From: an uncultured Candidatus Actinomarina sp.
Lineage (GTDB): Bacteria > Actinomycetota > Acidimicrobiia > Actinomarinales > Actinomarinaceae
DNA: 64,000 nt
NCBI GenBank assembly: GCA_902510995.1
Contig: CABXDL010000003.1
Location: forward strand, 22 to 64,021
Reading direction: 5' to 3'
In this document: positions 34,851 through 43,089 of the stretch, in pieces
How positions within the stretch are numbered: the stretch's first letter is position 1
Layout: each line of letters opens with the position of its first letter
Notes under the pieces: model-generated
What the model was told of the DNA's origin: nothing
Seen by the model: only the letters and a program-made list of their open reading frames with translations
Databases searched by the model: none
Position numbers and translations under genes: made by a program

Positions 34851-35846
34851 TTAATCCTCCAATAATTTTTTTAAGTTCTCTATTACTTCTATATCTTCGG
34901 GAATCACATTTAATTCTTCGGCTAAAGATATACTTACAAGATCACCTAATAATACTAACTCCATAACTTTACTTAATGTTGATTCTGAAGCTTTAGGCTC
35001 TATATTTAAAATATCTACCTTTTCACTTAGTAATTTTTTTGATAAATCAAACCTTTTTATTATTTGAGAATGTTCAGTGTTGTCTCTTAAAAAAATTAAT
35101 ACAAAATCTGTTTTACTAGATTTAAGGTCTGCATCCCATGACAATATCTCATTATGATGAACTTCAGGCATTGAGCCTACATAAGCTTTAGATTTTGCAT
35201 TTTCATTAATTTGTGTTTTCCACCTTGAAGCTACTAATTCAGTTAAAAGTGTTCCCCCATAAATAATAGAAGTTTTTTTATTTATTTGTTGAGCAATGTT
35301 TTTTGCTTGAATAAAAATTTCTGAATCTGTTTTTTGATTTATAAGTTCATTCAAGTAATCCCCTGCTTTTCTTACTTCGTTTAAGTAATCAGTACCTTCA
35401 GCTTGGTCTATAAATTTACATACAGCTTGAGTTAAATATCCGAAAGCAGCTCTTGGTTGAAGACCTTTAGGTATTTTTATATATTCTTTATTATGCTCTA
35501 ATGCTTGGTCTATTAATTTTCCACCACTTGAAATAACAGCCCAATCTAGTTCATTCTTTATTGCTTCCTCTAGTCCTGATATTGTTTCTTCTGTATTCCC
35601 TGAATATGAAATAAACAAACAAAATGGTCTAAGTTCTGTTAATTTTTTTGGAATTGAATATGTCTTCCTTACAATAATATTTTTTGAACTTACTTCACTT
35701 GATAATAAAGAAAGGACGTCACCTGCAACTCCAGAACCACCCATCCCCATAACTAACAAAGAATCGTATTCTATTAAATTAATATTCGAAGAAAATTCGA
35801 GATCTTCCTTAACTTGGTCACCTAAATCAAATGCTACATTTACCAT
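34851..35846 (-). CDS. SIS-domain bifunctional phosphoglucose/phosphomannose isomerase-like protein
   Basis: 331 aa. GMGGSGVAGD is the SIS motif. The length and layout match archaeal-type PGI/PMI. Confidence 0.75.
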   Translation of the reverse strand: MVNVAFDLGDQVKEDLEFSSNINLIEYDSLLVMGMGGSGVAGDVLSLLSSEVSSKNIIVRKTYSIPKKLTELRPFCLFISYSGNTEETISGLEEAIKNELDWAVISSGGKLIDQALEHNKEYIKIPKGLQPRAAFGYLTQAVCKFIDQAEGTDYLNEVRKAGDYLNELINQKTDSEIFIQAKNIAQQINKKTSIIYGGTLLTELVASRWKTQINENAKSKAYVGSMPEVHHNEILSWDADLKSSKTDFVLIFLRDNTEHSQIIKRFDLSKKLLSEKVDILNIEPKASESTLSKVMELVLLGDLVSISLAEELNVIPEDIEVIENLKKLLED

Positions 35847-37187
35847 TTATATCTTAATTATATTTGTTATCTTATTTATGAGTGCTTTAAGAGTTTCTTC
35901 ATCCCCTGCTTCAGCATTAAGCCTTAATTTTGATTCTGTATTGGAGCCCCTTACATTAAACCAATAATTATCGTCAAAATAAGAAATTCCATCTAATTTA
36001 TCAAAAGAATTTTCAAATGAGTTTTCAATTTTTTTAAGACTTTCATCTACGCTCTCAACTTCAAAATTGATTTCTCCTGAAGAAGGTGGAAAATTATAAC
36101 TATCAATCAAACCAACTGCATTTGTATTCTTCTCTGAAAGTATTTGCAAAAATATTAGTAGAGTAACAATACCTGAATCAGCATAATAATTTTCTTTTAA
36201 ATAAAAGTGTGCACTATGTTCTCCCCCAAAGTCTGCTTCTTCTTCTCTCATTATTTGTTTAATGTATGAATGTCCAACTTTAGATCTAATAGTAGTAATT
36301 CCCTTTCCGTTTAAATATTTAACTACTGCAGGAGAAACATTCACATTGTGGACTACTTTTAAACTTTCTTTTTTTTCATTTAACCAATCTGAAACAAGAG
36401 CTGTCATTAAACTTCCCGAAATTAGATTTCCTAAATTATCTATAAAGACTGCCCTGTCAGCATCTCCATCAAAAGCAACTCCAAATGCTTTGTTTTTTTT
36501 AATTACTAATGCTTTAAGTTCTTTGAGATTATTTTCATCTGAAGGGTCTGCAGGATGATTTGGGAAATTTCCATCAACATCCATATATAAAGAATCGAAA
36601 TTAAGTTTGTATGAATTCTCTAGTTTTTCTATAACAGAACCTAGTGCTCCATTTCCTGCATCAATACCAAAACTAATTGAATCATTAATATTTTTTGTTT
36701 CAACAATTGAATTTAAATGCTCTATGTATGAATCAACTATATTTTCCTCTTTAAAATTATTTTGAATGTCGATTTCAATATTTAAATTTGCTACTTTATT
36801 CTTTATCTCTAACAAGCCAGTTTCAATACCTATAGGTGTAGCACCTTTATTACATAATTTTAATCCTGTCCATTCCTTGGGATTATGAGATGCAGTAACA
36901 ACAACACCGGGCATGTCTTTAATGCCTGATAATGAATATACAACATCAGTTGGAACAGTTCCTATATATAAAATTGATTTATTGTTTTTCTTTATACCTG
37001 AGGCAACAGCATTCAGCATTTCTTTATTCGATAATCTACCATCATGTCCAATTATTATTTTTTCAGAATCTACAAAATCTGCATAAGCATATCCAATTTT
37101 ATATGCTGTTTCAGGAGTTAAGGTTTCACCGAAAATTCCTCTTATATCATAAGCCTTAAAAATTAAATCAAGTTTATTTTCACTCAC
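35847..37187 (-). CDS. manB: Phosphomannomutase/phosphoglucomutase
   Basis: 446 aa. The active-site loop TASHNPKEWTGLK and the metal loop FDGDADR are present. Confidence 0.9.
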   Translation of the reverse strand: MSENKLDLIFKAYDIRGIFGETLTPETAYKIGYAYADFVDSEKIIIGHDGRLSNKEMLNAVASGIKKNNKSILYIGTVPTDVVYSLSGIKDMPGVVVTASHNPKEWTGLKLCNKGATPIGIETGLLEIKNKVANLNIEIDIQNNFKEENIVDSYIEHLNSIVETKNINDSISFGIDAGNGALGSVIEKLENSYKLNFDSLYMDVDGNFPNHPADPSDENNLKELKALVIKKNKAFGVAFDGDADRAVFIDNLGNLISGSLMTALVSDWLNEKKESLKVVHNVNVSPAVVKYLNGKGITTIRSKVGHSYIKQIMREEEADFGGEHSAHFYLKENYYADSGIVTLLIFLQILSEKNTNAVGLIDSYNFPPSSGEINFEVESVDESLKKIENSFENSFDKLDGISYFDDNYWFNVRGSNTESKLRLNAEAGDEETLKALINKITNIIKI

Positions 37188-37202
37188 TATTTAGTTATTG
37201 TA

Positions 37203-37943
37203 ATGATAATGGGAGCCAACTTTACAATAAATAATTTTTCAGTAGTTGTACCTATATACAATGAAGAAGAGATACTAATAGATTCATGCAAAAAAATTTT
37301 TGAAATTTGCAAAAAAACGAGATTGGATTTTGAGATTATATTTTCTGAAAATGGTTCTACTGATAAAACATTAACTTTGATAAATGATTTCTCATCTGGA
37401 AAGAAAGAATGTAAAGTTATTTCAAATGATTTAGCTAATTACGGAATAGCTCTAAGAAATGGTTTTAAAGAAGCAAAAAATGAAATGATTGTTTCTTTTG
37501 ATATTGACTATTTTTCAGAACAATTCCTTATCGACTCATTATCTCTAGAAAATAAGTTTTCAGCAATAACTGCATCAAAAAGATTAGACGAGTCTCAAGA
37601 CGGAAGAAAAATTGTCCGAAGAATTGCTACTAATTTCTTTGTCTTAATATTAAAAATACTATTTCAAACATCAATGTCTGACACACATGGAATGAAAGGA
37701 ATTAAAAAATCTGCCTGTGAGGAGCAAATACAAAATGTGGTATCAACTCAAGATCTCTTTGATACAGAGCTACTTTTAAGAATTGAGAGATCTGGTGAAA
37801 ATATTTTTGAAGTACCTGCGATGGTAAATGAAATAAGACCTAGTGTTTCTGTCATATACTCAAGAATTCCTAGAACAATATATAGTTTAATTAAATTAAG
37901 AATTCAATTATTCAAAGAATCCTTAAAAACAAAAAACTTATAA
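37203..37943 (+). CDS. Family-2 glycosyltransferase (polyprenyl-phosphate sugar synthase-like, Ppm1/DPM1/GtrB-type catalytic domain)
   Basis: 246 aa. VVVPIYNEEE, SENGSTDKT and DID (a DxD motif) are present. I see no obvious C-terminal TM helices. Confidence 0.8.
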   Translation: MIMGANFTINNFSVVVPIYNEEEILIDSCKKIFEICKKTRLDFEIIFSENGSTDKTLTLINDFSSGKKECKVISNDLANYGIALRNGFKEAKNEMIVSFDIDYFSEQFLIDSLSLENKFSAITASKRLDESQDGRKIVRRIATNFFVLILKILFQTSMSDTHGMKGIKKSACEEQIQNVVSTQDLFDTELLLRIERSGENIFEVPAMVNEIRPSVSVIYSRIPRTIYSLIKLRIQLFKESLKTKNL

Positions 37944-38386
37944 ATCAAATACTTTAAAGGAAGAATCGTTCCATGAATTATTACTGTTGCAGCTAAAAAT
38001 TGAAGTTCGTTCTCTTGTATAGATGGTTTAAATCTATCAATAAGATACCAAATGAATAATGGAACTATGAGATTTATTAAATTTGTAATTGAAAAATTTA
38101 TAAATTCTTTTAAATTACCTCTCCTAATTGAAAGTTTAAAAATAATTTTTCTAGAAATAAAATAGGAAACAATTACACCTATGGAAAAACCAAATATGTT
38201 GGTCAGGTAAGTCCTAAGAGGAATCTCGATAGTGTTTAAAACTATAAATTGAAATACATACGCTAAAAAAAGACCGAAAACTAAATTAAACCCACCAACA
38301 ATATAGGTTCTAATTAATTGGGCGAAAGGTGTATCACCAGAAAGAAATGGCATTTTTCTAACAATTGAAAGTAATTTTTCATACAT
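37904..38386 (-). CDS. GtrA-family small membrane protein
   Basis: 160 aa with four hydrophobic helices and a GtrA-like N-terminus (LIRTYIVGGFNLVFGLFLAY). Its 3' end overlaps the GT2 gene by 40 nt. Confidence 0.75.
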   Translation of the reverse strand: MYEKLLSIVRKMPFLSGDTPFAQLIRTYIVGGFNLVFGLFLAYVFQFIVLNTIEIPLRTYLTNIFGFSIGVIVSYFISRKIIFKLSIRRGNLKEFINFSITNLINLIVPLFIWYLIDRFKPSIQENELQFLAATVIIHGTILPLKYLIYKFFVFKDSLNN

Positions 38387-40574
38387 TCTGTTTAACTCTC
38401 CAAAAAAGTATTAATGATAAGACTAATGAAAATAATCCAATATAGAAAGAGTAGGTTTCAATGTTAGTTCTTTCAAAAGAAAGTAAAACATTGCTCTCAT
38501 AGGGAACAATAGCCATAAACGATGGAGAGATTCTATATGGACCCAAACCTTTATCTATTTTCCAATTAGGAAAATAAGACACCTTAATGATATGAAGCTC
38601 ATTAGGTTTATTTGTAGTAAATTTAATTACATCAGATGAAATTATCAAATCACTAATTTTTAAATCAACATGATTTGATGGTTTTAGATTTACCTCGGTG
38701 GGAAGCTCAACAACCCTATATTCATCTAAATGTTTAAAATTATTATAAGCTTTTTCAAAAAAGTTTTGATATTTCGTATCTCTAAATAAAGAACTGCTGG
38801 TCCTTTCATAGAATGAAATCCTTGGAAATATTTCTATTCTTTGGTTAACTAATTCAATTTTATTAGTTTCAATTTCAAATAATGAAAAAGGATCTGAAAC
38901 GAACAATAAGCTAAGGTCTTTATTATTCATCGCTTTATCTCTAATAGACTCTGTATAAGTTATGAAGTAATCAACACCAAGATCATTTAAATATTCAACT
39001 CCTTTTTCAAAATCATTATTTATATAAGAAAGACCTCCTACAGGATTTGAAGGCTTTTCAGCGAGCCCAGAAACAGCTATAAAGTGAAAAGGAGTTGTAA
39101 TGCTTGAATCAAAATAAAGTCCCTCCATGCTTGAGTGGTCTGTGAATAAAGGAATTGTCATAAGCACCATAGGTGTCCCATATTTGTTTAAATCAGAATT
39201 TGGTTCCCACATTATTCGTCCAGGAGGTAATTTTTCTAATGATGAATAAAGCGTCTCAATTTCTTGCCAGTCCTCCTTTCCTTCATATCCTGTAAAATTC
39301 CAATTAACCCAATGTGGCAAGAATGACATTGATGACATAATGAAAACAAAAACTCCCAAGTTAAATAATTTATATGAAGAATTATAAAAAAGGACTAACC
39401 CTAAGAAAGTTAAGCCAATTATTCCGAAAACAAATAGCTTATATCTATTAAATTCAAACCACTTATCATAAAAAATATAGATACAAACAACTATCGAGGA
39501 AAGTATTAGCAGATTTGTATTTAATTTACCTTGTTGAAATTGAAGAATATCATTTAATAAGAAATCTATCATCTTGAAGAAAATAATTATTATTCCTAAA
39601 TTGAAAAATGGAACTAACCTTCCATTCCATAAAGCACCTTCAGGAACAAAAAAATATAAACTTACAGACATTAAAAGAAGATAAAACTCAAATAAAGAAA
39701 AAGTTTTATTTTCTATTAATTTTTTAAAATTAAATCTTCCTAAAAGAAATAAGAATAATAAAAATGCATATGGCAAAATATCAGGCTTAATTAGATCCTT
39801 CAATCTCGTATATGGGGTGTAGCTCATATTTGTAGTGAATTCTAAGTTATAAATTAAAGGAACAATAAATCTAGTCACCATCGTTGTGAATATGAAAATA
39901 GAAATAATCTTTAGTTGAATTTTATCTTTCTTAATCAACCAATAAATTGAATAAGCAGGAAGATACAACATAAATGGAATTAAATGTGATAACAAACATA
40001 AAGATAAAAAGATTGAACTTATTGGAACTTTATATTTATGTTTTGATTTAGTTATATAGTAAATGGCTAGATTCGCGAAGCCTAAGGAGTAAGTAAATGA
40101 AAACTGTCCTGCAAGAGTTGAAGCTAAGTTACCTCCATAGATTGTAAATGACTCTGTAAGAGCAAACATTAAACCTGCTCCAATGCCTATATGTGAAAAT
40201 AGATAATCTTCTTTTCTGAACAATTTCTCAATTGAATAAATAACAAGAACAATTGATCCAGCAACCATGAGTTTAAAAGCTACCCCATAAGGAACTATTA
40301 AATTAAACAAATAAGTCAAAATAGCTGGAAATGGAAAATAGAAAAAATAAAGTGGATAACCAGCAAACCAGTCATTTGACCATCCATTAATTTTAAAACT
40401 TGATGCAAAATTCTCTATAAAATATTTTATAGGGACTACATGTGCACCCATATCTCCCCCAGTAGGAGTATTGTCTATAAAAATTAGATCAACTCTCAGT
40501 AGAATTAGAATCATTGAATAATAAATGACCTGAGTTAAGTCAAATTTTAATATTTTTTCATTCAATGATTTCAT
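38379..40574 (-). CDS. Large polytopic membrane protein with C-terminal extracytoplasmic domain, putative GT-C-fold glycosyltransferase
   Basis: 731 aa. About 12-14 TM helices occupy the first 430 aa or so, and the first loop carries TPTGGDMGAH. A soluble domain of about 270 aa and a final TM follow. It overlaps GtrA by 8 nt. The product is inferred from architecture only. Confidence 0.55.
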   Translation of the reverse strand: MKSLNEKILKFDLTQVIYYSMILILLRVDLIFIDNTPTGGDMGAHVVPIKYFIENFASSFKINGWSNDWFAGYPLYFFYFPFPAILTYLFNLIVPYGVAFKLMVAGSIVLVIYSIEKLFRKEDYLFSHIGIGAGLMFALTESFTIYGGNLASTLAGQFSFTYSLGFANLAIYYITKSKHKYKVPISSIFLSLCLLSHLIPFMLYLPAYSIYWLIKKDKIQLKIISIFIFTTMVTRFIVPLIYNLEFTTNMSYTPYTRLKDLIKPDILPYAFLLFLFLLGRFNFKKLIENKTFSLFEFYLLLMSVSLYFFVPEGALWNGRLVPFFNLGIIIIFFKMIDFLLNDILQFQQGKLNTNLLILSSIVVCIYIFYDKWFEFNRYKLFVFGIIGLTFLGLVLFYNSSYKLFNLGVFVFIMSSMSFLPHWVNWNFTGYEGKEDWQEIETLYSSLEKLPPGRIMWEPNSDLNKYGTPMVLMTIPLFTDHSSMEGLYFDSSITTPFHFIAVSGLAEKPSNPVGGLSYINNDFEKGVEYLNDLGVDYFITYTESIRDKAMNNKDLSLLFVSDPFSLFEIETNKIELVNQRIEIFPRISFYERTSSSLFRDTKYQNFFEKAYNNFKHLDEYRVVELPTEVNLKPSNHVDLKISDLIISSDVIKFTTNKPNELHIIKVSYFPNWKIDKGLGPYRISPSFMAIVPYESNVLLSFERTNIETYSFYIGLFSLVLSLILFWRVKQNV

Positions 40575-40815
40575 TTAATATTTTTCCTAAATATTTAGTT
40601 TTTCTTTTACCAGACTCAGTCCATTCAGCATACCAATAAGGTCCGTGGGGGCAAGAATTACAAGATTCTCTCCCACATTTAATCTCCTTACTTCTATAGG
40701 ATATTTTTTTTGGATTTAAATCCCCACCGAGTTTGTTATCAATTAAAAGCTTAAGTCTTTTTAGATCTGATTCATCTAATTCTGCAATTGCTTCTATGAT
40801 ATCTTTATCTACCAT
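40558..40815 (-). CDS. Small zinc-ribbon protein (C-x4-C-x2-C-x-H...GPYWY motif), translationally coupled to the 731-aa membrane protein
   Basis: 85 aa. The motif is KCGRESCNSCPHGPYWYAEWTESGKRKTKYLGK. It overlaps the downstream start by 17 nt. Confidence 0.6.
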   Translation of the reverse strand: MVDKDIIEAIAELDESDLKRLKLLIDNKLGGDLNPKKISYRSKEIKCGRESCNSCPHGPYWYAEWTESGKRKTKYLGKILNEIIE

Positions 40816-40859
40816 TATTAAAATGTTACATGAATATTTAAGAGAGTTAATTTAAGTAT

Positions 40860-41756
40860 ATGAAAAAAATTGTTTATTTATCAGGTGGTATAGGAGGAGC
40901 TAAGCTCGCAAAAGGCTTTTATCACTCAAAAAATATAGATTTAAGCATCATTATTAATACCGGAGACGATGAAATAATACATGGAGTTCCTCTCTCACCA
41001 GATATTGATTCAGTAATGTATGCATTAGCTGGAATTGAAGGTGAAATGGGTTGGGGTGTTACAAATGACACATTTACTGTAAGCGATGAATATAAAAAAT
41101 TTGTTCCCCAAAATTTTAGTATCGGAGATAAGGACTTAGCTTTAAACCTTTATAGAAATCAATTACTTTCTGAAGGTAAGTCTTTAACCAAGATTACAAA
41201 GTTTATTTCAGAACACCTAAGTTTGGAATGTAAGTTAATTCCAATGACAGATGACACCGTAAGTACAAAATTAAAAACTGATGACGGTTCTTTATTGGAC
41301 TTTCAGGAATATTTTGTTGAAAAACAAGCAAAACCTAAATTAGCTGAAGTTGTTTACGCTGGTGCAGAAAATGCAAATGTCTCCGATGAATTAATTATGA
41401 ATATTGAAGAAGCCGAAATAATAGTTATTGGACCTTCTAACCCAATACTCTCTATAGGACCAATACTTTCATTAAATAAACTTAAAGAAAAATTGTCTAT
41501 TCATAATAATGTTTATGTAATAAATCCATTTATTGAGAATAAAGCAATCAAAGGCCCTTCGAAAAATAACTTTGAGGATCTAGGTTATACATCAGATATC
41601 CGAGGAATAAAAGAATTCTACAAAGATGTTGGCAATAAATATATTGTTCATCCTGGAGATTCAGATGGGGCTCAAGACACATTTGAACACAATATTTTAT
41701 TTAATGAATTAGAAAATTCAAAAAAATTAGTAGAGTTTATTGTTAATCATGAATAA
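40860..41756 (+). CDS. cofD: 2-phospho-L-lactate (or related) transferase, F420 biosynthesis
   Basis: 298 aa. YLSGGIGGAKLAKG and INTGDD are CofD/FbiA signatures. Confidence 0.88.
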   Translation: MKKIVYLSGGIGGAKLAKGFYHSKNIDLSIIINTGDDEIIHGVPLSPDIDSVMYALAGIEGEMGWGVTNDTFTVSDEYKKFVPQNFSIGDKDLALNLYRNQLLSEGKSLTKITKFISEHLSLECKLIPMTDDTVSTKLKTDDGSLLDFQEYFVEKQAKPKLAEVVYAGAENANVSDELIMNIEEAEIIVIGPSNPILSIGPILSLNKLKEKLSIHNNVYVINPFIENKAIKGPSKNNFEDLGYTSDIRGIKEFYKDVGNKYIVHPGDSDGAQDTFEHNILFNELENSKKLVEFIVNHE

Positions 41757-42447
41757 GGTTTCAATTTTTCCAGTAATGCACTTACCTGAATTTGATACAG
41801 GTCATGAAATAGTTAAGGAATTAATTGAAGTCCTAGAAGAAAACAAAATTTCCTTAGAAGATAGTGACGTTATAGTAATTACTCAAAAAATTATCTCTAA
41901 AGTTGAGGGAAGAAAAATAGATATTAATAAGGAAGATATAGAAGAAGTAATCAAAAACGAATCATTACAAATTATAAGAAAAAGAGGAGAAACAATAATC
42001 GCAAAAACTAAACACGGCTTTATATGCGCAAATGCTGGAATAGATAAATCAAATATCGAAGAAGGTTTTGCTCTACTTCTTCCAGAAGATCCAGATAAAA
42101 CTTGTAGAGATATAAGAAAAAAGATAGAACATGAAACAGGAAAAAAAATTAGTGTAATTATTTGTGACACTTTTGGAAGAGCCTGGAGAAAAGGTCAAAC
42201 TAACGTAGCAATAGGATCTTCTGGAATTGAGCCTTTAGAGAGCTACATTGGTGAAAAAGATACCTTTGATAATGAGCTATTTGCTACAGAAATTGCAATT
42301 GTTGATGAATTGGCTGGTGCGGCTGAGTTGGTTATGAAAAAATCAGACAACATTCCAATCGTAATTATTAAAGGGGTTAAATACAATATATCTGATTTAG
42401 GAGTTGATGAACTTATTAGAAATCCTGAGGAAGACTTCTTTTTATAA
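41740..42447 (+). CDS. cofE: Coenzyme F420-0:L-glutamate ligase (CofE only; no FbiB-type C-terminal nitroreductase-like domain)
   Basis: 235 aa. ITQKIISKVEGR and ICANAGIDKSN are present. It overlaps cofD by 17 nt. Confidence 0.85.
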   Translation: MLIMNKVSIFPVMHLPEFDTGHEIVKELIEVLEENKISLEDSDVIVITQKIISKVEGRKIDINKEDIEEVIKNESLQIIRKRGETIIAKTKHGFICANAGIDKSNIEEGFALLLPEDPDKTCRDIRKKIEHETGKKISVIICDTFGRAWRKGQTNVAIGSSGIEPLESYIGEKDTFDNELFATEIAIVDELAGAAELVMKKSDNIPIVIIKGVKYNISDLGVDELIRNPEEDFFL

Positions 42448-42448
42448 A

Positions 42449-42480
42449 AAGATAAGACCTAGTTTTCTAGGCCTTATCTT
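42449..42480. terminator. Intrinsic-terminator-like hairpin between convergent cofE and a membrane-protein gene
   Basis: aagataagacctag-tttt-ctaggccttatctt forms a 14-bp stem with one mismatch. A T-run follows on the minus-strand reading. It is the only substantial intergenic hairpin I noticed in the window. Confidence 0.5.
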
Positions 42481-42490
42481 CGACTAAATT

Positions 42491-43024
42491 CTATTCTTCG
42501 TACTTATTCCAAGCTAGGTAGTTACCTATACCAAATCCATAAGTAAGAGGTAAATAAGAAAACCATAAGAAACCTAACGTCTCAGTTGAAAATAAGTAAT
42601 TCTCAAAGAGAATGAGTGTCATACCAAATGCACCAATGCCAGTAATATATCTCCAAACATTAGGTATCACGCCATCTGCTGCAGATACGTAGCTCATAGT
42701 TATGATGCAAAAGAATAGATAAAAAATCGCAATATCATCACCAGGCATAGCGCCGGAAGTCTCCAACAAGTTTGCAATCAACATAGTAGTAGCAACCATT
42801 GCTGTTCCAGTTTTCCAGTTTTGAGGAACACCTTTTTTTTCAATCAAAGGGTAGCTCAATAAAATTAGATTCGACATAGACACAGCTAGTAAAAATCCCA
42901 TGAAGAAATCTAAACTTTGTATATCTAGTTCTAGCATATCAAAAGTTAATGCAACAATATATGTTGCAGCAGCAAGCTTACCTTGCGTTTTTATATCTAA
43001 TAAAAATATATTTAATTTTTTCAT
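42491..43024 (-). CDS. Hypothetical integral membrane protein (about 5-6 TM)
   Basis: 177 aa, hydrophobic, with no family recognised. Confidence 0.6.
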   Translation of the reverse strand: MKKLNIFLLDIKTQGKLAAATYIVALTFDMLELDIQSLDFFMGFLLAVSMSNLILLSYPLIEKKGVPQNWKTGTAMVATTMLIANLLETSGAMPGDDIAIFYLFFCIITMSYVSAADGVIPNVWRYITGIGAFGMTLILFENYLFSTETLGFLWFSYLPLTYGFGIGNYLAWNKYEE

Positions 43025-43089
43025 ATAACCTCTTTCTTTATATACCTACAAAGCTAACAGATAATTTAAAAAAAATATTCTTGCGACAA

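Noticed and set aside
34452-34865. Long antisense ORFs in the track: 34452..34865, 61214..61627, 10361..10717, 36262..36558, 27200..27496, 50942..51220, 16676..16948, 12766..13053, 21150..21344, 990..1178 and the many 60-100-aa ones.
   Set aside because: All of them lie opposite strongly supported conserved genes, or across the tRNA or tmRNA. Their compositions are low-complexity or Ser/Leu/Phe-rich, typical of antisense frames, and they show no recognisable motifs.
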